DNA from: Rhodothermales bacterium
GTDB taxonomy: Bacteria > Bacteroidota > Rhodothermia > Rhodothermales > JAHQVL01
Length of the DNA stretch: 64,000 bases
Assembly: GCA_965263205.1 (NCBI GenBank)
Contig: CBDHHF010000005.1
Coordinates: 4,673 to 68,672, forward strand
Reading direction: 5' to 3'
Below, in pieces: positions 19,030-29,417 of the stretch. A program made the translations under genes and the position numbers. The notes under the pieces are model-generated. The model did no database searches. It was not told the origin of the DNA and saw nothing but the letters and a program-made list of their open reading frames with translations. The first letter of the stretch is position 1. Every line of letters starts with the position of its first letter.

Positions 19030-21420
19030 ATGGCTAAGCAGATAGAAATCCCCAAAGGCCGGCTTTACATGGGTGGATCGCCCGAAAAAGGCATGGAAGA
19101 GCCCACCTTCATCAAATCAAGCAACCTCACCACGCATGGCGTGATCGTGGGTATGACGGGCTCTGGCAAAACGGGTCTGGGTATCATTTTACTTGAAGAG
19201 CTTTTACTTTCGGGGCGCCCAACGTTGATCCTGGATCCGAAAGGCGATATGGGCAACTTGCTGCTTACGTTCCCTGAACTTTCGGGTGATGATTTCAAGC
19301 CCTGGGTCAGCGCCTCTGAAGCCAAGAAAGAGGGGATGTCCGTAGAAGACCTGGCCGACAAAACCGCCGGCTTCTGGAAAAAGGGACTTTCTGGATGGGG
19401 CATTACAGAAGAGCGCATTGCTGCATTGCGCGAAAAGGCGGAATTCAGCCTGTATACCCCGGGCTCAACGGCCGGCATCCCGCTCAATATCGTGGGCTCT
19501 TTAAAAGCCCCTGAAAAAGCTTCTCATGTAGAGCTGATGCGGGATGAGATCGAAGGGTATGTGACAAGCTTGCTCGCCCTGGTCGGTGTACAAGGTGATG
19601 CCATCAGCAGTCGAGAGCATATTCTGCTTGCAAATCTTATTGAACACGCCTGGAATAAAGGGATAGACCTCGACCTGCCATCGCTTGTCGGCCAAATCCA
19701 GGATCCGCCACTGCGTAAACTTGGGGTGATCGATATCGACTCGTTCTTCCCCGAGAAAGACCGTCGCAAACTTGCCCTAAAAATCAACGGCCTACTCGCC
19801 TCCCCGTCTTTTGCTACGTGGATGGAAGGGCCGGCGCTTGATATCAATAAGCTGCTGTACACGGAAGACGGCAAACCGAAAGCGGCCATTATGTCTATGG
19901 CGCATCTGTCAGATGAAGAGCGGCAATTTGTGGTTACGCTGGTACTCTCGAAGATGATTACCTGGATGCGCACCCAGCCGGGCTCAGACGACCTGAAAGC
20001 ACTCATTTACATGGATGAGGTATTTGGTTTTGTGCCCCCAACCAAAGCACCGCCAAGTAAAAAACCTATCCTGACCATCCTCAAGCAGGCCCGCGCGTTT
20101 GGGTTGGGTATGGTACTGTCTACACAAAACCCGGTAGATATCGATTACAAGGCCCTCTCCAATACCGGCACCTGGATGATTGGCCGGCTCCAAACAGAAC
20201 GCGACAAAGCCCGCCTCATGGATGGCCTCTCTGCTGCTGATGGTGGCACAGACATCAAAGAAATTGAACGCCTGATCAGCGGCCTCGGCAAGCGGCAGTT
20301 TATGCTGCATTCCACCAAAGGCTCAGGTCCAGAGCTCTTTGGTACGCGTTGGGCAATGTCGTACCTTCGCGGCCCCATGACGCGCGAAGAGATCAGCAAA
20401 ATCACGGCGGATGCGCCAGAGCGCAATTACGAAGCGGAAGCATCAACGCTTGCTGCAACGCCGGCGGCTTCCGCATCCAGCAGCGCGACTTCGGTTATGC
20501 CAGATGTGGCCTCAGGCCGTGCAGCGTATTACCTGCACCCTGCTGCCGACTGGCGTGCAATCAAAGCCATCAAACCAGAGAGCCGCACGTTTGCGCCGGC
20601 TGTTGCTGCGCGTGTCAAACTGCTCTTTGACGATACAAAAGCTGACCTGCGGCATACGGAAGAGTGGGAAGCCGTGATCTATCCCCTCTCTGCAAACTCG
20701 TCTGCCGAGGATGCAGTACCCGTCGACTACGACGACCGCGACATGCGTGCAGATGCCCCCGACGGCGCCAGCTATCAAATGCCGGATGCGCCCATTCATA
20801 CCGCAACGTATTTCAAGAGCCTGGAGAAAGACCTCAAAGCATACCTGTACCGTGAGCGCACCGTTACGGTGTACGCCAATAAACAGCTCAAACTCTACTC
20901 CCGTATTGGAGAATCACGCGAAGAGTTCGAATTACGGTGTCATAAAGCCGCAGAGAACCTCGAAGACGAAGCAGCGGCCAAGCTCCGGACGAAGTACGAA
21001 AAGCGCATCAAGCGCACGTCAGACATGCTAGACAAAGCGGAAGACCGCCTTGAAGAACTCCGTGTAGATCATAGTTCGCGTAAAACAGACGAACTGCTCT
21101 CTGGTGTCGGCTCTGTGCTCGGTATGTTTCTCGGAGGTCGCAAAAGCTCACGCAGTATGGCGGCAGACTTACGCAGGGCATCCTCGAAGCGCAAACAGAC
21201 CCGCACGTCAAGTCAGCGCATGCAATCTGCTTCCAACCGGGTGGAAGAAAAGGCAGAAGAGCTGGAAGACCTGGAAAACGAACTGGCGGATGAGTTACTG
21301 GCACTCGACCTGGAGTGGGAAGAGAAAGCACAGGCCATCGAGGACCTTGAAATTGGCCTCGAGAAGACGGACATCACGGTTGACGAGGTTGTGCTGGTCT
21401 GGGTGCCTGTGAAGGGCTAG
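19030..21420 (+). CDS. HerA/FtsK-like P-loop ATPase (DUF87/DUF853-like) with a C-terminal coiled-coil and basic tail
   Basis: Walker A reads VIVGMTGSGKTGLG and Walker B-like reads ALIYMDEVFGFVPP. VLSTQNPVDIDYKALSNTGTWMIGRLQTERD is also present. The C-terminal ~150 aa are rich in E/K/R heptad-like sequence. Confidence 0.8.
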   Translation: MAKQIEIPKGRLYMGGSPEKGMEEPTFIKSSNLTTHGVIVGMTGSGKTGLGIILLEELLLSGRPTLILDPKGDMGNLLLTFPELSGDDFKPWVSASEAKKEGMSVEDLADKTAGFWKKGLSGWGITEERIAALREKAEFSLYTPGSTAGIPLNIVGSLKAPEKASHVELMRDEIEGYVTSLLALVGVQGDAISSREHILLANLIEHAWNKGIDLDLPSLVGQIQDPPLRKLGVIDIDSFFPEKDRRKLALKINGLLASPSFATWMEGPALDINKLLYTEDGKPKAAIMSMAHLSDEERQFVVTLVLSKMITWMRTQPGSDDLKALIYMDEVFGFVPPTKAPPSKKPILTILKQARAFGLGMVLSTQNPVDIDYKALSNTGTWMIGRLQTERDKARLMDGLSAADGGTDIKEIERLISGLGKRQFMLHSTKGSGPELFGTRWAMSYLRGPMTREEISKITADAPERNYEAEASTLAATPAASASSSATSVMPDVASGRAAYYLHPAADWRAIKAIKPESRTFAPAVAARVKLLFDDTKADLRHTEEWEAVIYPLSANSSAEDAVPVDYDDRDMRADAPDGASYQMPDAPIHTATYFKSLEKDLKAYLYRERTVTVYANKQLKLYSRIGESREEFELRCHKAAENLEDEAAAKLRTKYEKRIKRTSDMLDKAEDRLEELRVDHSSRKTDELLSGVGSVLGMFLGGRKSSRSMAADLRRASSKRKQTRTSSQRMQSASNRVEEKAEELEDLENELADELLALDLEWEEKAQAIEDLEIGLEKTDITVDEVVLVWVPVKG

Positions 21421-21457
21421 CCGGCGTCACAATACCGCGTATAACAAATCGACAAAC

Positions 21458-21490
21458 AAAAAGGGCTGCTCGAATGGAGCAGCCCTTTTG
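21458..21490. terminator. Bidirectional terminator hairpin between convergent genes
   Basis: The sequence aaaagggctgctc gaatg gagcagccctttt forms a perfect 10-bp GC-rich stem flanked by an A-tract on one side and a T-tract on the other. Confidence 0.75.
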
Positions 21491-21525
21491 ATATATCTGA
21501 ATCAGCCTGTACTTCGCTTACATCC

Positions 21526-22713
21526 TTAGTGGATGTGCGCAGACTTTAGCTTTGGATCCATCTCCAGAATAAGCGTACAGAGCCGACGCCAGGTTTTGAG
21601 ATCCTGACTAATCTCACGCTTCAGCTGCTTATACGCAGCACGGAGCTCTTTCCATTCGCTACGATTCTTTTTGCGATCAATCGAGCGGTATTTCTCGAGT
21701 GTGCTTTTTGCGTTTGCGATAGAAACTGTGAGTTTGGCTGAGAGCGTGTCAACAACAGAACTGAACGCTTCTACGTCTACTTCGCGCAACATGGAAAGGT
21801 GATGCGTAAGCAGCTTACGGTCAGCCTGAACAAGCTTTTTCTTGATCATCAACGGATCCGTACGCTTCAAACCGGATGCCAGGCCAAGCTTGCTGAGCGT
21901 CCAGATGAGGTATTTTGTAGGATCGTACTGGTACCAGCGGATGCCATTGCGGTAATCGCTGGCAAACGTGTGATGGTAGTTGTGATACCCTTCACCGCTT
22001 GTGAGGAAAGCGAGAATGAAGTTATTCACCGCAGAATGCTCACTGGAGTACGGCTTGGAGCCCCACATGTGGGCCAGTGAGTTGATAAACCACGTGCAAT
22101 GGTGTCCAAGGAACAGGCGAAGCAAGAAGACAAAGACAAACGATCCAATGTAATCGCCTGTCATCCAGCCAACAAAGAGCACAACAAGGACATTCACCAG
22201 TGTGATCAGCCATCCAAAATGTTTGTGCTGAAAAATCAACAGCTTGTCGTTTTTCAGGTCGCCGAGGAAACGGTCATCAAACGGCTCGCCGTGCTTGAAC
22301 ATCCACAGGAGGTGTGATTGCCAGAAGCCCTGCGGCGTACCATACGGGTCACGCTCACCGTCGATGTAGGTGTGATGTAAGCGATGATCAAAACACCAGC
22401 GCAAGACACTCCCCTGTACTGCAAGGGTACCAAAAAACAGCAAACCCCACTCAACAGGCTTTTTAGCTTTGAAGGTGCGATGTGAATAGTACCGGTGGTA
22501 GCCGGCTGTAATACTAATGGTCGTTGCCAAGAAGAAGAAGGCTGTCCAGCCAATCAGTCCCCAGCTTGGCGTGTTGTAAATTAAATAGAGGGGCAGTCCA
22601 ATAAATAAGGCAACGTGGTAGGTAATGATGAAAATCATAGACACCCAATCCCAGGTGCCTTTTTCCGGTTGTTTGCCTAGTACAGGGTGGGTGCGCGCAT
22701 CTGCGTTCGCCAT
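21526..22713 (-). CDS. Membrane acyl-CoA/acyl-lipid (delta-9 type) fatty-acid desaturase
   Basis: The three His boxes are HRYYSHRTF, HRLHHTYIDGERDPY and GEGYHNYHHTFASDYRNG. The start MANADARTHP at 22713 is preferred over the ORF-track start at 22791. Confidence 0.9.
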   Translation of the reverse strand: MANADARTHPVLGKQPEKGTWDWVSMIFIITYHVALFIGLPLYLIYNTPSWGLIGWTAFFFLATTISITAGYHRYYSHRTFKAKKPVEWGLLFFGTLAVQGSVLRWCFDHRLHHTYIDGERDPYGTPQGFWQSHLLWMFKHGEPFDDRFLGDLKNDKLLIFQHKHFGWLITLVNVLVVLFVGWMTGDYIGSFVFVFLLRLFLGHHCTWFINSLAHMWGSKPYSSEHSAVNNFILAFLTSGEGYHNYHHTFASDYRNGIRWYQYDPTKYLIWTLSKLGLASGLKRTDPLMIKKKLVQADRKLLTHHLSMLREVDVEAFSSVVDTLSAKLTVSIANAKSTLEKYRSIDRKKNRSEWKELRAAYKQLKREISQDLKTWRRLCTLILEMDPKLKSAHIH

Positions 22714-22904
22714 TCTTTCACTCCCAAGTTTATGTGATACCAGGTGTATTGAGGGTTTGTGCAATATAAACACATAAGATCGGAAGTTCATTACAGCTCT
22801 ACAAGCTTCAAGATCCTTATTTGGATTAAATCTCGACTAATTACGCCGTTAAGTTGCACGATTTAGGATTGCCGCCACCAATAACAGGCTGCATATACTA
22901 ATAA

Positions 22905-22940
22905 GCAGGATACCATAAGCATTTGCTTACAATATCCTGC
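22905..22940 (-). terminator. Two-tier hairpin downstream of the TPR gene and upstream of the desaturase gene
   Basis: The outer stem pairs gcaggata (22905-22912) with tatcctgc (22933-22940). The inner stem pairs taagca with tgctta. On the minus strand it is followed by ttattag. Confidence 0.45.
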
Positions 22941-22989
22941 ATGTGTAATTCCCTACGTTGCCTCAGCCCAAGAACAGAAATTTCTACGA

Positions 22990-24303
22990 TCAGGGCATGA
23001 GTAACAATTGCGCTTCTTTAGCTGCTGACGGGCTTTCGATATGCAAATTGGCATCAAGTGCTGCGTTCAGATACAGCGCGGCCATTTGCTGATCGCCGGC
23101 ATCTTTGTAGATCTGTGCAGCCCGGTAATGCACCATGGCATCTCCCGTATTTAAACGCATGGCTTGTTCGATGTATGGAATAGCAGCCGGAGAGTCGCCA
23201 TTTTTGTGGAGCGCCCAGGCAAAGGTCTCCAATGCATGCAAATGGTTGGGCCGACGCTCGTATTCTAGCCGAGCCAGATGTAGTACCCGACCCAGCTGTT
23301 GCTCTTGATCAGCCAGGAAATCGGCGTATTCCATGCGCACATTCTCCCCCATGGCGTCTGCGTCCTGGTAACTCTTATCGAGTCTCGCTTCCAATTCTCG
23401 CACTTCATCTTCCTGCCCCAGTGCAAGGTGGACCTCCACCAGGCCTTCGAGGAATTCATCAGCCGGCACAAAAGCATAAGCCTCTTCAAAGCCGCGCTTG
23501 GCCGATGTCAGTTCACCACGCTGCAGTGCTACCTGCGCAAGTCCACCCAAAGCATACGCGTAATACGGGGTTTCGTCTAGAATGCCGTCAAATATCATCT
23601 CCGCGCTTTCAAGGTCGTCATTGCCAAGGTAGAGCAGTCCCAACTGGTACAGTGCCCAGGAGCGGTCCTCTTCGCCGGTTACGCCGGCTTCAGCAGCCAG
23701 CTTCATGGCCTCGATAGCACCATCGGTATCACCGTGCAGCTCGCGCAAATACGCAGCACGTGAGTAGGAAGAAATACCAGGGCGCAACGCGATCATCTCG
23801 TCACAGGCCACAACAGCTTCTTCATAAGCACCAAGCTCGACAAGCGCATCCACAAGAATACCATAGACATAAGCGGTGGCTCTACCGTTTGCAATCAACT
23901 GCCGCGTAATGTCGCGCGCCTGTTCAAACTGGTGTAGCGTGTTGTACAGCGAAGCCTGGAGTGTTAGTGCTGCAGCATTGTCGCTATTGCGGGCAAGTAA
24001 GCCGTCGAGCACGTCCTGGGCTTTGGGCAGGTAATAGGCCTCTTGCAGCGACCGCTGGGCTTCCTGTAGATATAATTCGGCAAGTTGAATGCTGCTTTGC
24101 GTATCTGCCGGCTTTTTGCGCAACCGCATTTCGAGTGCGCTGATGGCATCGGTTCGTTTGGTCGTCCAGGCAACGGACGTCACGGGTGTATCGAATGACT
24201 CTGTGTCACGTTGTTGCATGCGCGTGGCAAAGAAGACACCACCAATCACAACAACAAAGAGCAGAAGCGCAACAGCGCGTTGGGCAAGTGATTTTGCGTT
24301 CAT
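22990..24303 (-). CDS. Tetratricopeptide-repeat protein with an N-terminal signal anchor
   Basis: N-terminal AVALLLFVVVIGGVFFA, followed by many 34-residue A/Y/L-rich repeats such as YYAYALGGLAQVALQRGELTSAKRGFEEA. Confidence 0.75.
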   Translation of the reverse strand: MNAKSLAQRAVALLLFVVVIGGVFFATRMQQRDTESFDTPVTSVAWTTKRTDAISALEMRLRKKPADTQSSIQLAELYLQEAQRSLQEAYYLPKAQDVLDGLLARNSDNAAALTLQASLYNTLHQFEQARDITRQLIANGRATAYVYGILVDALVELGAYEEAVVACDEMIALRPGISSYSRAAYLRELHGDTDGAIEAMKLAAEAGVTGEEDRSWALYQLGLLYLGNDDLESAEMIFDGILDETPYYAYALGGLAQVALQRGELTSAKRGFEEAYAFVPADEFLEGLVEVHLALGQEDEVRELEARLDKSYQDADAMGENVRMEYADFLADQEQQLGRVLHLARLEYERRPNHLHALETFAWALHKNGDSPAAIPYIEQAMRLNTGDAMVHYRAAQIYKDAGDQQMAALYLNAALDANLHIESPSAAKEAQLLLMP

Positions 24304-24402
24304 GGGAAGAATAGAAATGGAATGGAAAGTTAAACGGGTAGCCAGAATTCTAAAAAGTTGAGCATCACATCTCAGAATTCAGCTTAAATCAATATCAAAA
24401 TT

Positions 24403-24592
24403 TTAGTGCGATGGACGTCCACCAAATGCGAGGCGTTGTGCGTAGGAAATTTTTATCGAAGCGATTTCTGAACGAAGTTCAGATGGACTTGTGCGCCTGG
24501 CGATAAAAAGCGCGTTTTATTTGGTGGTGCCCTTTTTGGGGTTCGTTTTTTGGGGGCCCTGTTTGGTTTAGGTGAAAAAAATGAACGAACGG
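24403..24592 (-). repeat. Copy A of a ~190-nt structured repeat (inverted relative to copy B)
   Basis: The reverse complement aligns by hand with 30212-30408 at roughly 80% identity, with a few 1-nt indels. Shared blocks are cgttcattt, acagggcccc, aagggcaccaccaaataaaacgcgc, cgcttcgataaaa and cgcatttggtggacgtcc. Confidence 0.8.
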
Positions 24593-24674
24593 TATAGTAT
24601 TGCACCGAAATAAGACTTTAATGTGATCATCCCCTTGACAATAGCCAACAATCGTCTCTGCAGGCTGCCCGGCA

Positions 24675-24722
24675 CCCCGCCGCGTCACTGATTTGGGGGA
24701 TCAGCAGGCGGACGCGACGGGG
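24675..24722 (-). terminator. Strong stem-loop downstream of the DUF4331 gene
   Basis: ccccgccgcgtc pairs with gacgcgacgggg (one mismatch) and encloses an inner ctgat/atcag hairpin. There is no clear U-tract. Confidence 0.4.
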
Positions 24723-24766
24723 CTGGACAGGTGCTTGCAGAATTATTGCTCGCAGTAGACCGGGGT

Positions 24767-26938
24767 TTATTTCACCAGAATGGCCTTCTTCGTCTGCACG
24801 GATTTGCCGGCAGCTTCGATGCGGTAGAAGTAGGTGCCACTGGCAAGCGACGAGGCATTCCACTGGACGGAATGCAATCCGGTCGCATGATCGCCATCTA
24901 CCAGCGTATCGACCATCCGCCCCTGGATGTCGTAAACCCGAATCGCGACATTACCAGGTCGTGAAACCTGATACTCTATCGTTGTGCTCGGATTGAAAGG
25001 GTTCGGATAGTTCTGATTGAGCATAAACGCATCAGGCACCCCTACCCCGATGTTGATGCCCACCGGCTCCATATTCGGATCAGCCGCCGTTAACTGCTTG
25101 ACGTAGTCGTAGCCGTTATGCGGATCAGCCTGGTATGGGAAGCTGGCGCCCAACGGCAGATCGTTCGCCACGGGGCCGGCATTATAGCCGAGTTCAGCCA
25201 GCAGTGCCGGCGACGCGAGATCCGAGTAATCGCCCGCTGTAGCATCATCAAACGGCAGCCCAACAGCAGCGAGCACGAGCCCGCCTACAGCCTGTAGCTC
25301 GATGGTTGTGACATCGTCCTCAAGCCGGCGACCATTTGGGAAACCATCCATGTGCGGAATGGCTTCGAGATCAGCGGTTGTGTTGAACGGATCAGCCACC
25401 AGACCCAATACCGCAGCACGGATCAAGCCCTGCGACGCATAGGTGATAAATTCCGAGGTACCACGCTCCGTCACCGGCGTTGCCATGTTCAGGCGCAGCA
25501 TGTCGCCACCATACAGCACACCTTCTGCATCCTGCGTGATCGGCAGGAAGTTGTGGATGAACGGCTTGCCAGCGCTCAATGGACCACCCGTTTTGCCTGT
25601 AGCCAGCTGGTAAGGAATGGCATTGGGCACCCCGTAGTAGAAAATCGGGAAGACGTCCGAAAGACGCGGCATGCCCGGTGCGGCCAGACCCGGACTCAAT
25701 GGTACAGCAAATGCTGTCCCTGAGAGATCCACGCCGGCTTCAGCCAACTCATACACACCATCTTTGGTATTCCGGAAGTCAAAGCCGGCCACGCCGTCAC
25801 CGTCAACATCGCCGACTGCCGGATACGACATCGACTGGACGCGCAGCGCGCTCAACGCCGGCACAGCGCCGCCAAACTGGCTGTCATCCATGTACAACGC
25901 GAGTTCCGGGTTGGCGAAGTACGGGTAGAACGACTGCTCTTCCACGCTATACGGCGTGACGGCATTCCAGCGGTCTTTTTCACCGATAGGAATCACAGCT
26001 TCGTTAGTAAGCGGCATACCCAACCGAGATACCTGTACCCATGGGCCAGAATACTCAGGCTTCTCCCCTGTTGTTGACAGGGTGCGGATCTGCGGCCGGC
26101 TGGCTGAGGCCCATACCCCGATCACGAAGTCCGGATCAAGGATGCTTTCCGCTTCGCTGACGCTTTTGCCGTCTTTCTGCAGCATGTCGATCGGGATTTT
26201 GAGGGAGATCGTGTGCGTATTGAAGCCGGCTACCGCATCGCGGGCGTAATCCGAATTGGATGGATCAGCGCCGTACGCACTACGTGTTTGACCGAGGTCA
26301 AAAATACCACCAAGATCCACGAAGAACGCATCATCGCGTGGGCCGGCGAAGACCATTTCGCCAGTCGATGCGGTCATGATGGCATTCTCTACGAGTGTCG
26401 CGTAGTCTGTACCCAGGCCGGCACCACCTTCGATCGAACGGGGACCGATGTTATTTGGCGGTACAATGCCATTGTCCAGAATCACGGCAAAGGTCTCACC
26501 GCCATCTGTGCTTTTTTCGAGCGTGTAGGTCGTTTTCAGGTTTTGTTTGCCCAGGCGGATATTGAAGAACGTTGTAGGATCTTCATTCTCCTGCTCAAAC
26601 GTAAACCGGTACGTGATGTCGTCTTTTGCGCTGCCGAGTGGCCCAACAGACGTCTGGTTTTTGATATGGATCTCATACCGAATATTCTCGCCAAACGTAT
26701 GATAATTGGGTCCCCCTTCAGGGACTTCGAGCGGGATGTAATTGGCGATAATAGTTACTGTATTCGGATCGTCTGGTGATCGAAATGCATACAGGTCGGT
26801 ATTATCCGCCAGGGGATCGTTGCTAATGAGTGGTGCTTCACGGTGACTGGAAGCATCCCCCCACTCCGGTCCCACCAGCATACCAATGCCGACGAATACC
26901 AGCAGCAGACAAAATCCGATAACAGATTTGCGTAACAT
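24767..26938 (-). CDS. DUF4331-family secreted protein with a T9SS C-terminal sorting domain
   Basis: The signal peptide is followed by SSHREAPLISNDPLADNTDLYAFRSPDDPNTVTIIANYIPLE, the DUF4331 N-terminal signature. The C-terminus reads NYPNPFNPSTTIEYQVSRPGNVAIRVYDIQGRMV...GTYFYRIEA. Confidence 0.85.
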   Translation of the reverse strand: MLRKSVIGFCLLLVFVGIGMLVGPEWGDASSHREAPLISNDPLADNTDLYAFRSPDDPNTVTIIANYIPLEVPEGGPNYHTFGENIRYEIHIKNQTSVGPLGSAKDDITYRFTFEQENEDPTTFFNIRLGKQNLKTTYTLEKSTDGGETFAVILDNGIVPPNNIGPRSIEGGAGLGTDYATLVENAIMTASTGEMVFAGPRDDAFFVDLGGIFDLGQTRSAYGADPSNSDYARDAVAGFNTHTISLKIPIDMLQKDGKSVSEAESILDPDFVIGVWASASRPQIRTLSTTGEKPEYSGPWVQVSRLGMPLTNEAVIPIGEKDRWNAVTPYSVEEQSFYPYFANPELALYMDDSQFGGAVPALSALRVQSMSYPAVGDVDGDGVAGFDFRNTKDGVYELAEAGVDLSGTAFAVPLSPGLAAPGMPRLSDVFPIFYYGVPNAIPYQLATGKTGGPLSAGKPFIHNFLPITQDAEGVLYGGDMLRLNMATPVTERGTSEFITYASQGLIRAAVLGLVADPFNTTADLEAIPHMDGFPNGRRLEDDVTTIELQAVGGLVLAAVGLPFDDATAGDYSDLASPALLAELGYNAGPVANDLPLGASFPYQADPHNGYDYVKQLTAADPNMEPVGINIGVGVPDAFMLNQNYPNPFNPSTTIEYQVSRPGNVAIRVYDIQGRMVDTLVDGDHATGLHSVQWNASSLASGTYFYRIEAAGKSVQTKKAILVK

Positions 26939-27091
26939 GTGCTACCTCCTTAAAGGTCGTTTGTTAATTGGAAATTTTAACCGACCTGAGGATAGCCTCC
27001 TGTTTTGCTCACGTACCAGACCATTACCTGCTCACCTTTCTGCTCATTTCAGAAAAAAAGCAGCTTTTAGCAGATTTTTTCGGGACAAAAC

Positions 27092-29227
27092 CTACCGCCC
27101 GAGCTCCTTTTGCCACAAGAATTGCGTGAGCTCTGCAAGGGCTGAAGCGAGGTGCCGGCGGAAGGTACTGTACGGCAAACCGAGCAGTTCAGCAGCTTGT
27201 TCTTGAGATGCGGCCGGCCGCAGGTAGGTACGGTCCAACGCTTTAAACGCCTTTGCCTGTTTAGCATTCTGCTGCAGCAATGCAACCCCTTCATCCACCA
27301 ATTCCATCAGCACTTCCACACGTGTTGCATCATCAGCTTTTTCGGAGACATTGTCTGCCACAATGCGGGAAGACAGCAACGGATTGTTTACGAGGCGATC
27401 ACGGCGCGTGAAATTGCGGAAGACTTCTCGAACCGCATCTCCAAATGCCTCCTCGCTTAACACCAGCACCGTGCGTTGTGGGGTGGTATCTTCGGTGCTG
27501 CTAAAGCCACTGCCTGTTTCCCTCGAGGCGAGTACATCCAGCCAGGCCGCCGGCGGCCGGCTCCGCCAATCGTGCCCAAATACGCCAAACGGAATACCAT
27601 TGCGCTCAAAATCGAGCGTTTCCAAATGGTGTAGATCTGCATACCCAAAAACGGACTTCCAGAAGGTTGGACTGGAGATGGGCAGCATGCTAAACGCCAG
27701 GTTCGGCGTGGTGAGATAGTGCTTCACCATATACACGAAGATATGGCTTTGCACCTGCGTGATATTCTGATATGCATCCCGGTCCATCCAAAACCGAAAC
27801 AGGGTAGCCGCTTCACCCGGGCGCAAAGGGGCATTCGTATCCAGATAATCGACGCAGGCTTTTGCCAGATGATCTTTTTTCAGAAAAGCCGGCGCTGCCT
27901 CGTGTAATGCAAGCAGGAGCAGGAAGCCGGCAACCGCACCTTGCTGATCCCGAAAGAGAATTACACGCTCGGGCTGCTCTTGAATCCACATCCGCGCCAA
28001 TGCTGCTGATTCTTCACCCTCGTGCTTCACCACCATCGCTTCGATCTGTTCAAGATCGCGCTCGTAGTATTGGTCTGTTGATATCGCGGCGGATGCGCCT
28101 TGCCATTGCGACTGTAGCTGCAAGAAAAAGGGCCGCACGATGGCGTTGTCGCGATGCAGAAAAATGTAGTCTTTGAGCACGTTGCCCTGCTCGTCTGAGC
28201 CGGCTTCTTTCAACTGCCCATTGTAATAGGCGCGGGCATGCTGATGCAGCATTTTGTGCTGATCGGGATTGCGCCAGCGCAGTTCTGAGCCCATCACCTC
28301 GCGTGCAATGTCGTGCGGAAAAAGTCCGCGCGCACCTGACTCGATAAACGACAAACTGCGAAGCCACTCAAATAACGCGCGTACATCGGTTCGATCCAGC
28401 ATGGTCGCGAGGAGTGGCTCGGTGAGGTTATTCACCAGCACACAAGCTTCAAGGGCCAACCGATGATCCAAACTGGGCGCTTCGCGAACAAACCGATCGA
28501 GCAATACTTTGATAAAATCGGGCTCCAGTTCGCTTTCAAACGATGTGGCCGTAGCATGGGTAAACGACTCAGCAACCAGCGACAAGGCAAGCGGATGTCC
28601 ATGCGTGTAGCTGATAGCCGGCTCCTGGAAGTCCTCGGGCAAGCCAACACGCGAGAGGTATTGCCGGCTTTCATCGGGAGAAAAATTGCGCAGTGCGATG
28701 GGTTTGATGAGTGATCGCCAGCCCGGGTTATCGGTCCAGGTTGGCGAAGGCGGGTAGCGGCCGGCAACTACAATCAACACCGTATCATTTAGCTCCGGAA
28801 AGAACGATGTATACAGCCATTGCTCAAGCGCCAACATGGATTCATACGTATCTAACATCAATACGTGTTTACCGGTGTCGCCAATCCTGACAGTAGGGTC
28901 CTCGTCGGGCCCTATATCCAATTGCTGCCTGATCGCTGAGAGAAAAACAGCGGGATCCGCTTCGATGGTTCGCGTATCCAGATACAGCACCGGCACCGAC
29001 CCGGCCTCGCATACGTGTCGGTATTCGTAGAGTAAAGAAGTCTTGCCGATACCGCCAGGCCCGTAGATATGCAGCAATGCAACATCCTGATTATCATCTG
29101 CAAGTAATGACGCAAACAGCTTCCGCTGTTCACTTCGGCCAACAAAAAGCCGGCGACTCACTTCACGTAATCGATCTGATAATTTTCCTGCCATGGGGTC
29201 GAAAAAGCGCTCCGAAACAGCTCCCAC
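27092..29227 (-). CDS. STAND (NB-ARC-like) P-loop NTPase with a C-terminal sigma-70 region-4/LuxR-like HTH; putative signal-sensing transcription regulator
   Basis: Walker A LLHIYGPGGIGKTSLL, Walker B HVLMLDTYE and the GxP motif YTHGHPLALSLV. The C-terminal HTH is SQEQAAELLGLPYSTFRRHLASALAELTQFL. Confidence 0.8.
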   Translation of the reverse strand: MGAVSERFFDPMAGKLSDRLREVSRRLFVGRSEQRKLFASLLADDNQDVALLHIYGPGGIGKTSLLYEYRHVCEAGSVPVLYLDTRTIEADPAVFLSAIRQQLDIGPDEDPTVRIGDTGKHVLMLDTYESMLALEQWLYTSFFPELNDTVLIVVAGRYPPSPTWTDNPGWRSLIKPIALRNFSPDESRQYLSRVGLPEDFQEPAISYTHGHPLALSLVAESFTHATATSFESELEPDFIKVLLDRFVREAPSLDHRLALEACVLVNNLTEPLLATMLDRTDVRALFEWLRSLSFIESGARGLFPHDIAREVMGSELRWRNPDQHKMLHQHARAYYNGQLKEAGSDEQGNVLKDYIFLHRDNAIVRPFFLQLQSQWQGASAAISTDQYYERDLEQIEAMVVKHEGEESAALARMWIQEQPERVILFRDQQGAVAGFLLLLALHEAAPAFLKKDHLAKACVDYLDTNAPLRPGEAATLFRFWMDRDAYQNITQVQSHIFVYMVKHYLTTPNLAFSMLPISSPTFWKSVFGYADLHHLETLDFERNGIPFGVFGHDWRSRPPAAWLDVLASRETGSGFSSTEDTTPQRTVLVLSEEAFGDAVREVFRNFTRRDRLVNNPLLSSRIVADNVSEKADDATRVEVLMELVDEGVALLQQNAKQAKAFKALDRTYLRPAASQEQAAELLGLPYSTFRRHLASALAELTQFLWQKELGR

Positions 29228-29417
29228 CTATTGACTTGTGAGGCTGCACACTACGTGCTGCGTGGGATTTGCCCGTTGTACGGTGTTATATTCTTCCTAA
29301 GTTCGGAGTTGACAACACCATATTCAATGGCATTACGCGTCAACAGGGCGAGATTCTCCTTCGATAGCCGACACATTTGAATACGGCAACAAAAGGAATA
29401 AGCATTCTTTATATACA

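Noticed and set aside
24479-24688. ORFs 24479..24688 (-) and 30092..30469 (+) share the peptide KGHHQIKRAF, which could suggest a duplicated small protein.
   Set aside because: The similarity extends well beyond the shared peptide at nucleotide level, and 1-nt indels change the frame between the copies. Only about 10 residues are common. I treat the region as a non-coding repeat.
29240-29255. A CRP-like site (tgtgaggctgcacact) in the divergent STAND/Crp promoter region.
   Set aside because: The second half-site matches TCACA at only 3 of 5 positions. This is too weak to call without a position-weight matrix.
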